A DNA stretch of 64,000 bases from an uncultured delta proteobacterium. GTDB taxonomy: Bacteria; Myxococcota_A; Polyangia; Polyangiales; Polyangiaceae. The stretch lies in contig CAWAIF010000003.1 in NCBI GenBank assembly GCA_963782055.1, forward strand, positions 6,592,001-6,656,000, read 5' to 3'. A program made the translations under genes and the position numbers. Within the stretch, counting starts at the first letter, position 1. Every line of letters starts with the position of its first letter. The notes under the pieces are model-generated. The model had not been told where the DNA came from, searched no databases, and saw nothing but the letters and a program-made list of their open reading frames with translations. This document shows positions 47,226 through 58,227 of this stretch, one piece after another.

Positions 47226-50200
47226 CTAGCAGAGGCCCCACTCCCGGACGAGCCGCAAGGTCTCGGCGTGCTCGGGGATGCGCTCGAGGAAGTCGGTGCG
47301 GTAGGGCTCCTCGGCCACCCTCCCCGCGCGCACGTCCAGCTCCTCGCGCGCGCGGGCGAGACTCGCCTTCGCCTCGTCGGCGCGACCGGCGGCGTGCAGG
47401 ACGCGCGCGCGCGTGAGGTGGACCAGGACGCCGCCTTCCTCCACGGCGCCCACCCGCTCCAGCAGCTCGCTCGCCTGGCCGGAGCGGCCGAGCGCCGGGT
47501 CGAGCTCTCCGCGCGCGAGGTGCGCGGCCGCCATCAGCGCGAGCGCGAGCGGGCGCGCGGGCTCGCTGGACACCTCGAACGAGGCCGCCGCCTCGCGCAG
47601 CGCCTCGGCGGGCGCGCCCGCCTCCAGGTGCAGCATGGCGAGGTAAGCACGCACGCCGGACACGATGCGGCGGTCCTGCTGCTCCAGCGCCTCGGCCAGG
47701 GCCTCGGTCTGCAGGCGCAGGCCCTCCTCCAGACGGCCGGTGCGCGAGAGCACGACGCTCAGGTTGCTCTTGGCGAGGGCGATCTGCGTGGGGAGGCCCA
47801 TCCGGACGGCCATCGCCAGCGCGTGGCGCAGGTGGGTCTCGGCTTCCTCGTAGCGCCCGAGGGAGAGCAGGGCGAAGCCCACGCTGGAGCCGATCGCGCT
47901 GGCGTTGCGGACGGCGCCCGCGCGATCGAAGTCGCGCGCGGCGGCCTGGCTGCAGCGCAGGTAGGCGAGCGCATCGCCGGCGTAGAGGCCGACGAAGGCG
48001 CGTACGCGGTTGACCCAGGCCGAGACGATCGGGTCGCCCTCGCCCCGGGCGAACGCCGCCTCCACGTGGCCGAGCATCTTGCCGGCGTCGTCCAGGCGCC
48101 CTGTGGTGGTGAGCTGCACGATGAGGGTGCACGCGGCCACGATGAAGCGCCCGGAGACCTCCCCCGCGGTCGCGACCTCCGAGAGGGAGGCGTACGCGCG
48201 CTCCAGCGTCTCGTGGTGACCGAGCCGGCACGCGGCCTGCGCCACCTCTCCGAGCGCGTCGAACCAGCGCGGGCTGCGGCGCGGCAGGTCCTCGAGCGCC
48301 TCCAGCGCGAGCGTCTCGGCGGACGCCTGGTCCGCCCGCCACTTGTGCGCCTCCGCCGCCAGCAGCTTCAGGTGCCCGCGCCGCTCGTCCGCGGCGCCGC
48401 ACGCCAGCGCGCGCTCGACCGCGTCCAGCGCGGTGGTGAAGTCGTTGCCCTCCAGCGACTGCACCGCGAGCGCCTCGTACCAGCGCGCGGCCTGCGCGGG
48501 CTGCTCGCCGCGCTCGTGGTGCTCGGCGAGCACGCGCGGTGCGTCCTCGCCCGCGGCCTCCAGCCACGCCGCGGCGAGGCGGTGGGCGAGCGCGCGGTCG
48601 GAGTCCGGGACCATGGCGTAGACGCCGTCGCGCACCAGCGCGTGTCGGAAGGCGAGCTCGCGCTCTCCGGGGAAGCGCGAGGCGGTCCGCTCGCTCACCA
48701 GCTCGTGCTCCACCAGATCGTCGAGGGCGTCGTCCACGCCGCCCGCGCGCTTCTCGCCGCCGAGCAGCGCCGCCACGCCGCCACGCCAGAAGGCCTGGCC
48801 GAAGACGCTCGCCGCGCGCAGCACGCGCCGGAGCTCCGGGTCGATCTCGGCGAGGCGCGACTGCACCATCGCGACCACTGTGCCGGGCAGCTCGCTCGTC
48901 TGGCCCGCGGCGAGGGCGCGCACCAGCTCCTCCAGGTAAAAGACGTTGCCGCCGGCGAGGTCGACGATGCGCGCGACGTCGGCGTCGGCGGCCTGGTCGC
49001 CGAGCGCCGCGCGCGCGAGCTTCTCGGAGGCCTTGCGCGCGAGCGGCCCGAGCGGCATCTCGTGGACGCCCCGGTCCCGCCAGAGCGCCGGGAAGGCGTC
49101 GCGGACCTCCGGGCGGGCGAGGGCGAGCACGAACAGGGGGCGATCGGCGAGGTTGCGCAGCGCCGCGTCCACCAGCTTCACCGAGGGGAGATCGCCCCAG
49201 TGCAGGTCCTCCAGGATGAGGGCGACGGGGTGCGCGGCGGTCTCGGCGGCGAGCCAGTCCTCGAAGGCACGCCGCTCCTGGTCGCCCATCATCACGGCGT
49301 TGTCGCGGGCGAGGGCGAGCTTCTGGCTGGGCACGTCGTCGACCGGCACGCCGGCCAGCTCGCCCATGAACTCGACGACGCGTGCGCGCTCGCCCTCCGG
49401 GACGTGGCGCCCGACGCGGGCGCGGAGCTTCTGGCGGCGCGTCTCCAGCGGCTCGCCGTCCTTGATGCCCGCGATCTGCCGCACGAGCGGCGCCACCAGC
49501 CCGAAGGGGGCGCGCGAGCGGAGCGGGTCGCCGCGGGCGATCCGAGATCTCGCCGCCGTCGTCGCGGCGGCGGAGCTCGTTGACGAGCTCGTAGCGCAGG
49601 CGCGACTTGCCGCCACCCGCCGGCGCGGTCACGAGCACCGCGCGGGCCTGCGGCTCCTCGACGCAGTCGGCGTAGGTGGCGGCGAGCCACCCGAGCTCCC
49701 GATCGCGCCCGACGCACGGGCTCGGCCGTCCGAGCAGGGTGCGGGTGGGGGCGGCGAGCTCGCGCTCGGCCAGCAGCAGGCGCACGCCGTCCTCCACCGC
49801 GACCTCGAAGCGCGCGTCGAGGAGGTCGGAGGTCATCGGGTCGAGGGCGACAGGGCGCACCCGCCGCGTCCCCGCCAGCGAGGTGCGCTGCGGCGGTGCC
49901 TCGCGCTGGAGCGTCTCGGCGCGGGCGAAGAGGGGGGCGTCGGCCAGCCGCAGCTCGGTGGGGAGCCACCCGGTGACCGAGGCCATCGTCAGCTCCGGCC
50001 AGAAGGCGCGCAGGGCCAGTGCGCAGCGGACGTTCTGCACCGCGAGGTCGGTGGCGCTGCCGCGCCCCCGGAACGAGGCGAGCAGGGTGTCGCCGTCGTG
50101 GTGCTCGACGTGGCCACCATGCGCGGCGACGGTCGCGCGGACCATGCTGGCGAGGGTGAGGTCGGCGCTGTTGCGCTGCACCAGGGTCGGGTCGGATGCG

Positions 50201-51093
50201 TCGGGGAGGTGCACGTCGCCCACAAGCAGCAGGCCGACGAGGCGCTGCTCGGTGCCGGTGATCGCCACGCGGTGGAGGGAGGGGACGGACTGCTCGTCGT
50301 CGGGCACGTCGATGCCGGCGAGCAGGGCGGCCACCTCGCCGGCGTGGGCCGGGCGCGCCTCCGGGTCCTTGTCCAGCATACGCGCGACCAGCGCGTCCAG
50401 CTCCGGCGGCACGTCGGGGCGGCGGGCGCGCAGGCGCGGGGCAGGCTCGAAGAGCAGCTTGGTGAGCACCGCGCGCAGGTCCTCGCCGGCGAAGGGCGTT
50501 TGACCCGTCAAGCACTTGAAGACGAGGCACCCCAGGGCGAAGACGTCGGCGCGGGCGTCGACGTGGCGCGAGCCCTGCGCCTGCTCCGGCGCCATGTAGT
50601 TGGGCGTGCCGAGCATCATGCCCGTCGCGCTGACGTCGGCGCGCTGCTCGAACCGGGCCAGGCCGAAGTCGACCAGCTTCACGCGGTCGCCCTCCAGCAT
50701 GATGTTGGACGGCTTGAGATCGCGGTGGACGATGCCGCGCCGGTGGGCCGCCGCGAGCGCCTCGGCGGCCAGCCGCACGATGCGCACGGTCTCCGCGCTG
50801 GTGACCCCCTGCCGCACCAGCCGCTGCGTGAGGCTCTCCCCCTCCACCCACTCCATCGCCAGGTACAGCTGCCCGGTCTGGTCGGCGCCGTGGTCGACGT
50901 AGCGCACGATGCCCGGGTGGCGCAGCTCGGCGAGGGCGCGCGCCTCGCGCAGGAAGCGCCGCCGCTCGGAGTCGCCGTCGACACGCAGCACCTTCAGGGC
51001 GACCAGGGCGCCGGTGGTGCGGTCGCGCGCGCGGTAGACCGCCCCCATGCCGCCCGTTCCGGCGTGCTCGAGGACCTCGAACCTCTCGATCAT
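47226..51093 (-). pseudogene. Ser/Thr kinase-NTPase (AAA_16/STAND-like)-TPR protein; frameshift at about 49544 (real or assembly error)
   Basis: GTGGMG, VALK, HRDLKPSN, DFG, GTPNYMAPE; VGRDREL, APAGGGKS; second frame LEDLHWGD, GGNVFYLEEL, FRHALVRD, TPR-like helices. Confidence 0.85.
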
Positions 51094-51208
51094 GGCGGCG
51101 CCCGCCTGCAAGCCCACGCGACTTTCCAGTCCAGGCGCGCGCCAGGGACGGCGCGGGCCATTGAACCGTAGTATGTCGGCGTGGGCCGCCGCGGGTCAAC
51201 GCGCGCGG

Positions 51209-52717
51209 CTACTTCGCTGCGGCGCGCTCCACCAGAGCCAGGAAGGTCAGCACGGCGTGGCCGGTCGCGCCCTTGCCGTTCCAGGCGTAGGGGCGCTCGG
51301 TGGAGGCGGGCCCGGCGATGTCCGCGTGGACCCAGTTCTTGGTCTTCCCGATGAACTCGCGCAGGAAGAGGGCCGCCGTGATCGAGCCGCCCCAGCGCTC
51401 CCCGGTATGCTTGAGGTCGGCGATGTCACTCTTGAGCTGCTCGCGGTACTCCTCGACCAGCGGCATGCGCCACATCGTCTCGCCGGTCTGCTTGAGGGCG
51501 CTGGCGAAGCGCTGGGCGGTGTTCTCGTTGGAGGCGTACCAGCCGGAGTAGTTGTTGCCGAGGGCGACGACGCACGCGCCGGTGAGCGTGGCGTTGTCGA
51601 CGAGCAGGTCGGGTGTCAGCTCCTTGGCGGCGAAGGCGAGCGCGTCGGCCAGGGCGAGGCGGCCCTCTGCGTCGGTGTTGATGATCTCGACCGACTTGCC
51701 GTCGAGCGAGCCCCACACGTCGCCGGGGCGGTACGCGTTGCCGTCGGGCATGTTCTCGGCGCAGGACATGATGCCGTGCACCTCGACGTTGGGCTTGAGG
51801 GCGGCGACGGCGACCATGAGACCGAGGACGTTCGCCGCGCCGGACATGTCGTGCTTCATCTCGCCCATGTTCTGCGCGGGCTTGATGCTGATGCCGCCGG
51901 CATCGAAGGTGATGCCCTTGCCGACGAAGACGTAGCGCTTCTTGGGCTTCTTCGAGGGCACGTACGCCATGTGGACGAAGCGCGGGGGGTGGCTGCTGCC
52001 GCGGCCGACCGCGTGGAGAAGCAACATGCCGCGCTTCTCGATCTCCTTCTCGTCGAAGACGGTGACCTTGAGCTTGTGCTCCTTGCCTGCGCGCACGGCG
52101 GCCTCCGCCATGGCGGCGGGCGGCATCGCGTTGGACGGCTCGTTGGACAGGTCGCGGGAGAGGTTGACGCCCGCGGCGATGCCCTGGCCGAGCGCGATGG
52201 CGCGCTTGGCGTCCGGGAGGAAGCGGCGGTCGCTGGTGAGGGTCACCTCCTCGAGCGAGGCCTTCGGCTTGCGGTCGCCGGTGAGGTACTTGGTGAATCG
52301 GTAGGCGCCGAGCTCCAGGCCCTCGGCGACGACGCGCAGCTTCGTCTCCAGGCCGTCGGGGAGGGCGACGACGAGGGTCTTGGCCTTCTCGGCGTTGGCG
52401 ATGCGCGCGGCCTTCGCCGCGAAGGTGCGCATGTCCCCCAGGCCCGCGGCCTCGCGGTTGCCCAGGCCGAGGATCACCAGCTTCGCGGCCGGCAGCCTGC
52501 CCAGGGTGGGGAGCGAGAGCTGCTGATCCTTCTTGCCGGTGAACTCCTCCTTCGCCACCAGACGCGCGAGCCCGCCGCCGAGCGCGCGGTCGAGCGCGTC
52601 CATCAGCGCCCCCTTGCTGCCCTTCTTGGAAGACGAAAGCGTCCAGGTTCCCAGTACGACGACATCGGCGCTCAGATCGAGAGGGGGAGTGGAGCGCGCT
52701 ACGATTTTCAAGGGCAT
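51209..52717 (-). CDS. pepA: Leucyl aminopeptidase (M17)
   Basis: VGKGITFDAGG, MKHDMSGAA, NTDAEGRL, ATLTGA, HADIAG. Confidence 0.96.
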   Translation of the reverse strand: MPLKIVARSTPPLDLSADVVVLGTWTLSSSKKGSKGALMDALDRALGGGLARLVAKEEFTGKKDQQLSLPTLGRLPAAKLVILGLGNREAAGLGDMRTFAAKAARIANAEKAKTLVVALPDGLETKLRVVAEGLELGAYRFTKYLTGDRKPKASLEEVTLTSDRRFLPDAKRAIALGQGIAAGVNLSRDLSNEPSNAMPPAAMAEAAVRAGKEHKLKVTVFDEKEIEKRGMLLLHAVGRGSSHPPRFVHMAYVPSKKPKKRYVFVGKGITFDAGGISIKPAQNMGEMKHDMSGAANVLGLMVAVAALKPNVEVHGIMSCAENMPDGNAYRPGDVWGSLDGKSVEIINTDAEGRLALADALAFAAKELTPDLLVDNATLTGACVVALGNNYSGWYASNENTAQRFASALKQTGETMWRMPLVEEYREQLKSDIADLKHTGERWGGSITAALFLREFIGKTKNWVHADIAGPASTERPYAWNGKGATGHAVLTFLALVERAAAK

Positions 52718-52906
52718 GCGGGGGGGCTCCTCGGCGTGGGGCGGGGAAAACGGCCCGGAATATCGCAGATGAGCGGCCCTTCGCACAAGGGCCGCAGTTC
52801 GGAGCCGTGAAAAATAGTTGCTCCATCAAGTATCGACACGGCGCCCCACCCGCTGGGGCGCCGGGCCGCCCGCGCGCCCACCCACGCCGGGCCACGCGCG
52901 CCTCAC

Positions 52907-53392
52907 TCAGCCGAAGTAGCGCTCCGACTTGCGCGTGAAGAGCGCCGGCCGCACCGAGGGTTCGCGCACGCTGTCGAAGGTGGAGCGTGTCGGGATGCCG
53001 TCGACGACGAGCGCCATGGAGCAGGGGCTCTCGGTGTGCGTCCACTCGACGACGCACGGGATGGTGTACTCCACGCCGGCGAGGGCGTCGGCCACGCGCA
53101 CGATCACCTGCGCGCCGACGGGCACGGAGGAGGCGCTCGCGACGAGGAGCGCTGCCGCCGTCACCGCGCGGATCTCCACCGAGCGCGACGTGCCGTCCCC
53201 GATGAGCTGCGCCGGGAGCGCCTGGTTGTTGCGCGCGAGCGGGCCCTTCTTGGGGATGCGCAGGTCGCTCGTCACGAGCTGCATGAGGGAGAGAAGCTCC
53301 ATCTGCTCGGGGGGCGCGAGCGGCTCGCCCAGCGTCGCGTGGCGCGCGGTGAGCTCCCAGAATCGGACCAGGAAATCGAGCTTCTCGATCAC
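52907..53392 (-). CDS. Hypothetical protein with possible degenerate PilZ-like C-terminal barrel
   Basis: GAGG SD before GTG; beta-rich VEIRAVTAAALLV...YTIPCVVEW. Confidence 0.6.
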   Translation of the reverse strand: MIEKLDFLVRFWELTARHATLGEPLAPPEQMELLSLMQLVTSDLRIPKKGPLARNNQALPAQLIGDGTSRSVEIRAVTAAALLVASASSVPVGAQVIVRVADALAGVEYTIPCVVEWTHTESPCSMALVVDGIPTRSTFDSVREPSVRPALFTRKSERYFG

Positions 53393-53450
53393 GTGCGCAC
53401 CTCGTGTGCCCTGGCCGGGACCGGGCGGTTGGAGTTCTACCCAGAGGAGG

Positions 53451-53467
53451 TGCACCGGCCGTGCCAG
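53451..53467 (-). promoter_or_regulatory. Sigma54 (-24/-12) promoter
   Basis: CTGGCACGGCCGGTGCA, GG-N10-GC, about 60 bp upstream of the 53392 start. Confidence 0.55.
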
Positions 53468-53827
53468 CGAGCCTCATCTGGAGAACGCGTGTGGCTGCCC
53501 TTTGCTTACGGCTGGCGGGTGGGGTCGGTCTGCTGCGCCGGGCGTAAAGCAACCTTGCTCCCTCTCCCGCGAGCGCTCGAAGACGCCGGATTTCCGCCCC
53601 GCGCACCGCTGACGCAGCGCGTACAGAGACACCACGACCCACGTGGCTGGCCGCAACCTACGCGGCGATGCGAACGGAGGGCGCCATGGCACGCGAGTCA
53701 TGAGGACGCAAAGACTCCTCGCCGCACGATGCGAGACACAGACAGGTGCACCCCGTGTTGACGCGGCGAGACGAGCACTCGCGCCCACATCAGGCGTTTC
53801 TTCGCTAAGCTACCCCCCCGCACGGCC

Positions 53828-54508
53828 ATGAAGCGCTTCGTCCCCCTCCTCTGCCTCCTCGCCGCCGCCTCCTCCGCGTGCGCGTCGCAGAAGGTCTCGC
53901 TCGCCACCGGCCCGCGAGAATACGTGCCGAGCGACTACCAGCAGGTGCTGGACAAGTGGACGCGCACCCAGCAGCTCATCACCCTCGCCGAGGTGGACGA
54001 CCTGCTCACGGTCACGGCCACCTTCGAGTCGTGGGACTTCCGCTGGGCGTACGTGGTCCGCTACGCGCAGGACTACCGCCTCACCGTCGAGCAGCGGCGC
54101 GACCTGCTCGAGCGCACGCTCGCCGAGTCGCAGACCAGCTACCAGTTCTACGTCGCGCTCTACGGCACCAAGTGGAAGTGGGACGACCTCACCAAGCCGA
54201 ACAGCTCGTGGATCGTTCGACTCATCGACGAGAAGGGCAACGAGACCGCGCCGGCGAAGCTGGAGCTGGTGCGGAAGCCCGGTCCGCTCGAGTACCGCTA
54301 CTTCCCCTACACGTCGCCCTTCCGGCACTGCTTCCGCATCGACTTCCCGCGCGTCGCGGCGGACGGCAAGCCGACGATCGCGCCGGACGCGAAGTGGTTC
54401 GGCCTGCGCTTCGCCGGCGCGCAGGGCAACGAGGAGCTGCACTGGGACGTCGAGTCGCCGGCCGCCAAGGCGCAGGCCCGCGCGCTCACCAGCGCGAGCG
54501 CCGAGTAG
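53828..54508 (+). CDS. Putative lipoprotein, unknown function
   Basis: MKRFVPLLCLLAAASSAC lipobox; strong codon bias. Confidence 0.8.
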   Translation: MKRFVPLLCLLAAASSACASQKVSLATGPREYVPSDYQQVLDKWTRTQQLITLAEVDDLLTVTATFESWDFRWAYVVRYAQDYRLTVEQRRDLLERTLAESQTSYQFYVALYGTKWKWDDLTKPNSSWIVRLIDEKGNETAPAKLELVRKPGPLEYRYFPYTSPFRHCFRIDFPRVAADGKPTIAPDAKWFGLRFAGAQGNEELHWDVESPAAKAQARALTSASAE

Positions 54509-56473
54509 CTACATCCCGGCGAAGATCTCCAGCAGCGGGGGGCAGGTGACCATGAGCTCCTGCGCCACCGCGCGGTTGGCGACCAGCAGCAGCGCGCCGC
54601 CCTTGCCCGCGCGCACCGACGCGCTCGCCTTGCCGGCGCCCAGGATCTCGGAGGGGAAGAGGAACTCGCCGGTGCCCACGCTGGCGACGACCTTGTCGCC
54701 ATGGAGCAGCTCCAGCTCGCCCTGGCCGACGATGCACATCTCCTTCACCGGCTGCCCCATCTCCACGACGGTCTCGCCCTCCGCGAGCTCGCGGACGGCG
54801 AGACGGCTGGTCACCTGCGCGCGGATGGACGCGTCCAGCCTGTCGGCGATGGGGCCGAGCGTGACGCCGACCAGCGCCTGGATGCGGTTGGCCTCCTCGC
54901 GTAGCTCGTCCTCCACCCAGGGGCACGACTTGAACGCGGGCTCGACATGCGCGGTGTCCCAGGTCGCTACGACGGCGGACTCGCTCGCGCAGATGAGACG
55001 CAGCGGGACGGCTTCGGCGACGCCCCCGCGCGCCTTGAGGATCGCCCCCTCCTTCAGGCGCTCGGCGGGCGCGTCGACGATTTGCGCTGCCACATCCACC
55101 TCGCCGCGGATGACGTAGGCGAGGGCGAAGCCCATCACCTCTTCCTCGAAGGAGAGGGAGTGGATGGTGGCGACGCTCTCCAGATCGTGGCGGGCATCGT
55201 CGGGGAGGTCGGCGAGCGCGTCCACCGACGAGAGATCGACGCCGCCCCCCTCCTTCGGCTCCGGCGCAGCTCTCGTCTTCTCGGCTTCGGCCTTGGCCTC
55301 CGCGTCGGCCTTCGCCCTCGCTTCTGCGTCCGCCTTTGCCTTCTCCGCCACCGCGCTCGCGCCCGCTCCGGCGCTCGCCGCGGCCTCCTCCCCTTCCTTC
55401 ACCACCCCCGCCGACACCAGCGTCTGCTCCGGCGGGAACCGCACCGCGCCGGTCACCGGCGCGTGCGCCGCTTCCTGGAGGAGCTGCCGCGCCGCCTGCG
55501 CGCTCTCGCCCAGCTTCATCGTCGGCTCGTCCTCCGGCTCCAGCGCGGAGAGCGATGGCGGCACGAGCTCGGACGACGACACGGTCTGCGTGGAGGACAC
55601 CACGTCCTCGTCCGGCGCCGCGGTCTCCTCCTTCTTCGGCGGCACCGGCGGCGGCTTGCGCGGCACCGGCGGCGGCGACGGGGGCATGACCACCGCGGGC
55701 ACCATCTCGCTCGGGACCGCGGGCACCATCATGCGGGCGCTCGTCACCACCTCGTCCTCGTCATAGTCGTCGCTGGACGCGACCGCGCTCTCGGAGTCGA
55801 CGATGGTGTGCGTCGTCTCCTCCTCCGGAGGCTCGGACCAGGGGTCCAGCATGCCGGCGTGCGCCTCGGCGGCGGAGCGCACGTTCTCGCTCGAGCCTTC
55901 GGCCACGCTCTGGAAGACGACCGGTCGCGCCTCCTGGCCCGAAGCGGGCGGCGGTGGCGTGGCCTGCGGGAGAGCGACCGCCGGGGCGGCCTGGGCTGGC
56001 GGGGGTGTCGCGGGTGGCGCGGCCGGCGGCGGCTCCGGCGCGACAGGCGGCGGCGCCGCTTGCGGGGCGGGCGGCGCGGCGTTGATCACCGGCGGCGCCT
56101 TCACGCTCGGCAAGGTGGACGACTCCTCCGGGGTGAAGGTGTCCTCCACCTGGATGTCGGAGAGGGAGACGCGGATCTCTCCCATGCCGAGCAGATCGTC
56201 CACCCCTGCCGCCTCGTGCGGCGGCGCCGTCGACGGGGCCGTGCCCACCGCCTCGAGGGGGTTGCTCGCGATGTAGTCGCTGAGCTCGGCGGCCTCCCGC
56301 GCCAGGGTGAGCGCGCGGTCGTCTTGCTCGGCCTCGCCAGCCGCCTGGGCGGCGCGCCGCACCCACACGATCGCATCCACGCGTTCGTTGCGCTTCCACA
56401 GGGCCTCGGCCGTCTGGAGTGCCCAGACGACGTCTTCCGCGTCCGCGTCCAGCGCCGGCGGGATACCGACCAT
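54509..56473 (-). CDS. Pro/Ala/Glu-rich protein with C-terminal cyclic-nucleotide-binding-like domains
   Basis: LAEGETVVEMGQPVKEMCIVGQGELEL...ASASVRA; long low-complexity linker. Confidence 0.75.
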   Translation of the reverse strand: MVGIPPALDADAEDVVWALQTAEALWKRNERVDAIVWVRRAAQAAGEAEQDDRALTLAREAAELSDYIASNPLEAVGTAPSTAPPHEAAGVDDLLGMGEIRVSLSDIQVEDTFTPEESSTLPSVKAPPVINAAPPAPQAAPPPVAPEPPPAAPPATPPPAQAAPAVALPQATPPPPASGQEARPVVFQSVAEGSSENVRSAAEAHAGMLDPWSEPPEEETTHTIVDSESAVASSDDYDEDEVVTSARMMVPAVPSEMVPAVVMPPSPPPVPRKPPPVPPKKEETAAPDEDVVSSTQTVSSSELVPPSLSALEPEDEPTMKLGESAQAARQLLQEAAHAPVTGAVRFPPEQTLVSAGVVKEGEEAAASAGAGASAVAEKAKADAEARAKADAEAKAEAEKTRAAPEPKEGGGVDLSSVDALADLPDDARHDLESVATIHSLSFEEEVMGFALAYVIRGEVDVAAQIVDAPAERLKEGAILKARGGVAEAVPLRLICASESAVVATWDTAHVEPAFKSCPWVEDELREEANRIQALVGVTLGPIADRLDASIRAQVTSRLAVRELAEGETVVEMGQPVKEMCIVGQGELELLHGDKVVASVGTGEFLFPSEILGAGKASASVRAGKGGALLLVANRAVAQELMVTCPPLLEIFAGM

Positions 56474-56475
56474 GC

Positions 56476-57717
56476 TCAGGGCTCCAGAGTGTACACGGTG
56501 CCGTCGTCCGACCCAACGACGAGGGAACCGTCGGTCAAGACCGTGGCCGGCGCGTCCACGTCACCGCCGGTGTGCAGCGAGAAAAGCGTGCCTCCATCGG
56601 CGCCGACAGCGTACAGCGTGTCGTCCTGCGCGCCGAAGAAAAGAGTGCCCGCGGCGTCCTCCAGCGCGCCGCCATGCACGCCGAACTCGGGCGAACCGGT
56701 GCCCTGCACCCAGAAGCTGCCGCGCAGACGGCCCCCGGACTCGACGCGCACCTCGCGCGGCGTCGGCCCGTAGACGCCCGCGAGCACGTCCCCGTTGCGG
56801 GCGACGGAGAGCGGGCCGCGCACGAAGCCGCCCACCGGCGTGCGCCACACGACCGCGCCGGCAGGGCTCAGCCGGACGACGTCGCCGGCGTCGGTGCCGA
56901 CGAAGATCGCGCCGTCGTCGCCGATGGCCGGCGCGCCGTCGACGTCGGCGCCGAGGTCGGTGGCGAAGACGCGCGCGCCGTCGCGGATGCCGTAGACGTG
57001 GCCGTCCTGCGATCCGATGATCACCGTGCCGTCCGCGGCGATCGCCGGGGCAGCGAAGACCTTGCCGCGCGCGGCGAAGCGCCAGGCGACCTCGCCGTCG
57101 GGGCGCGCCGCGTAGACGATGCGCCCGGCGGCGAACACCACCGTGCCGTCGGGCGCGCGGGCCGCGCCGGTGTCCGCCTCGCCGTCGACGTCGAGCGTCC
57201 AGCGCACCTTGCCCGCCGGGGTCACCGCGAAGAAGTGCTTCGCGTCGCTCCCGACGTAGACGGTGCCGTCCGGCGCGACGCACGGCGTGGAGTAGGCGCG
57301 GTCGCCGAGCGGCACGCGCCAGCGCACCGCCCCCTTGCGGTCCAGCGCGACGAGATCGCCGCCGAGCGTGGCGACGTAGAGGGTGGTCTCGTCGGGCGAG
57401 GCGACGACCTGGGTCTCGATGGGGGCGCCGAGCGCGGTGGTCCAGGCCACGTGGAGCGCGCGAGGCCCCCTTGCGGCGGCGCGGTGCGTGCGACGCGCGT
57501 CGCCGTGCAGGGTGCGCGGCGCTCCCGACGCGACGGGCACGACGGACGAGAACGGCGCCCCCAGACCGGGCGGCGCGGTGGCCGCGGCGGACGCCGCCGG
57601 CACGGCACCCGCGACGGCGCGCGTGCGTGCGTGACGCGCGCGCAGGTGCGTCCAGACACCCACCACGGCCAGCGCCGTCAGCAGGGTGACCGGAATGGTC
57701 TGCAGGATCGCACGCAC
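56476..57717 (-). CDS. PQQ-like/BamB-type beta-propeller repeat protein
   Basis: Repeats P..DGTVYVGS.D...A....G.V.W; N-terminal TM. Confidence 0.85.
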   Translation of the reverse strand: MRAILQTIPVTLLTALAVVGVWTHLRARHARTRAVAGAVPAASAAATAPPGLGAPFSSVVPVASGAPRTLHGDARRTHRAAARGPRALHVAWTTALGAPIETQVVASPDETTLYVATLGGDLVALDRKGAVRWRVPLGDRAYSTPCVAPDGTVYVGSDAKHFFAVTPAGKVRWTLDVDGEADTGAARAPDGTVVFAAGRIVYAARPDGEVAWRFAARGKVFAAPAIAADGTVIIGSQDGHVYGIRDGARVFATDLGADVDGAPAIGDDGAIFVGTDAGDVVRLSPAGAVVWRTPVGGFVRGPLSVARNGDVLAGVYGPTPREVRVESGGRLRGSFWVQGTGSPEFGVHGGALEDAAGTLFFGAQDDTLYAVGADGGTLFSLHTGGDVDAPATVLTDGSLVVGSDDGTVYTLEP

Positions 57718-57754
57718 CGCGCGCCGCAACTCGCCTCGCCTCCGGGCGCGGCCG

Positions 57755-58084
57755 TCAGCGCGCCCGGCGCCGCGCGCGCACCGGGTCGGCCTCCGGCTCC
57801 TTGTCCGGCGCGCCGAAGCCGTGCGCGGCCTCCCCGGGGAAACGACGGGCCAGCCAGCCGATGAGCTCCAGCGCGGCGGTGCGCGCGGGCTCCGGCACCA
57901 GCGGCTCGCGGACGATGCGGGAGATGTCGGCGATGAGCCGCGCGCGCTGCTCCTCGTCGCCGAATGGACAGCGCTCGGCCGCCGCCGCGGGCCAGCGCGG
58001 GTTCGCGCAGCACGCGGGGCCCGAGCTCTCGGTGGCGTCCACGCGCTCATCGCGCGTGCAATCGGCCTGCACGACCTTGCCCAT
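57755..58084 (-). CDS. Small hypothetical protein
   Basis: Short ORF co-oriented between ftsK and the propeller gene; start uncertain. Confidence 0.4.
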   Translation of the reverse strand: MGKVVQADCTRDERVDATESSGPACCANPRWPAAAAERCPFGDEEQRARLIADISRIVREPLVPEPARTAALELIGWLARRFPGEAAHGFGAPDKEPEADPVRARRRAR

Positions 58085-58227
58085 GAACCTTGGAAATCTA
58101 TCGCGTTTCGCCTTCACGTCGAGCGCTCTTTTGGTGAAAAACCCGGCCGGGATTCCAGCATCTTGGAACTATTTCAGGCGGCGCGCACTGCCCCTCCCAC
58201 GCAGAGGTGAGCTGCGGTCACATCCTC

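Noticed and set aside
46378..51117. 1579-aa kinase-TtcA fusion ORF
   Set aside because: The middle part is off-frame Arg/Gly-rich text; explained by one extra base at 49544, and ttcA has its own ATG
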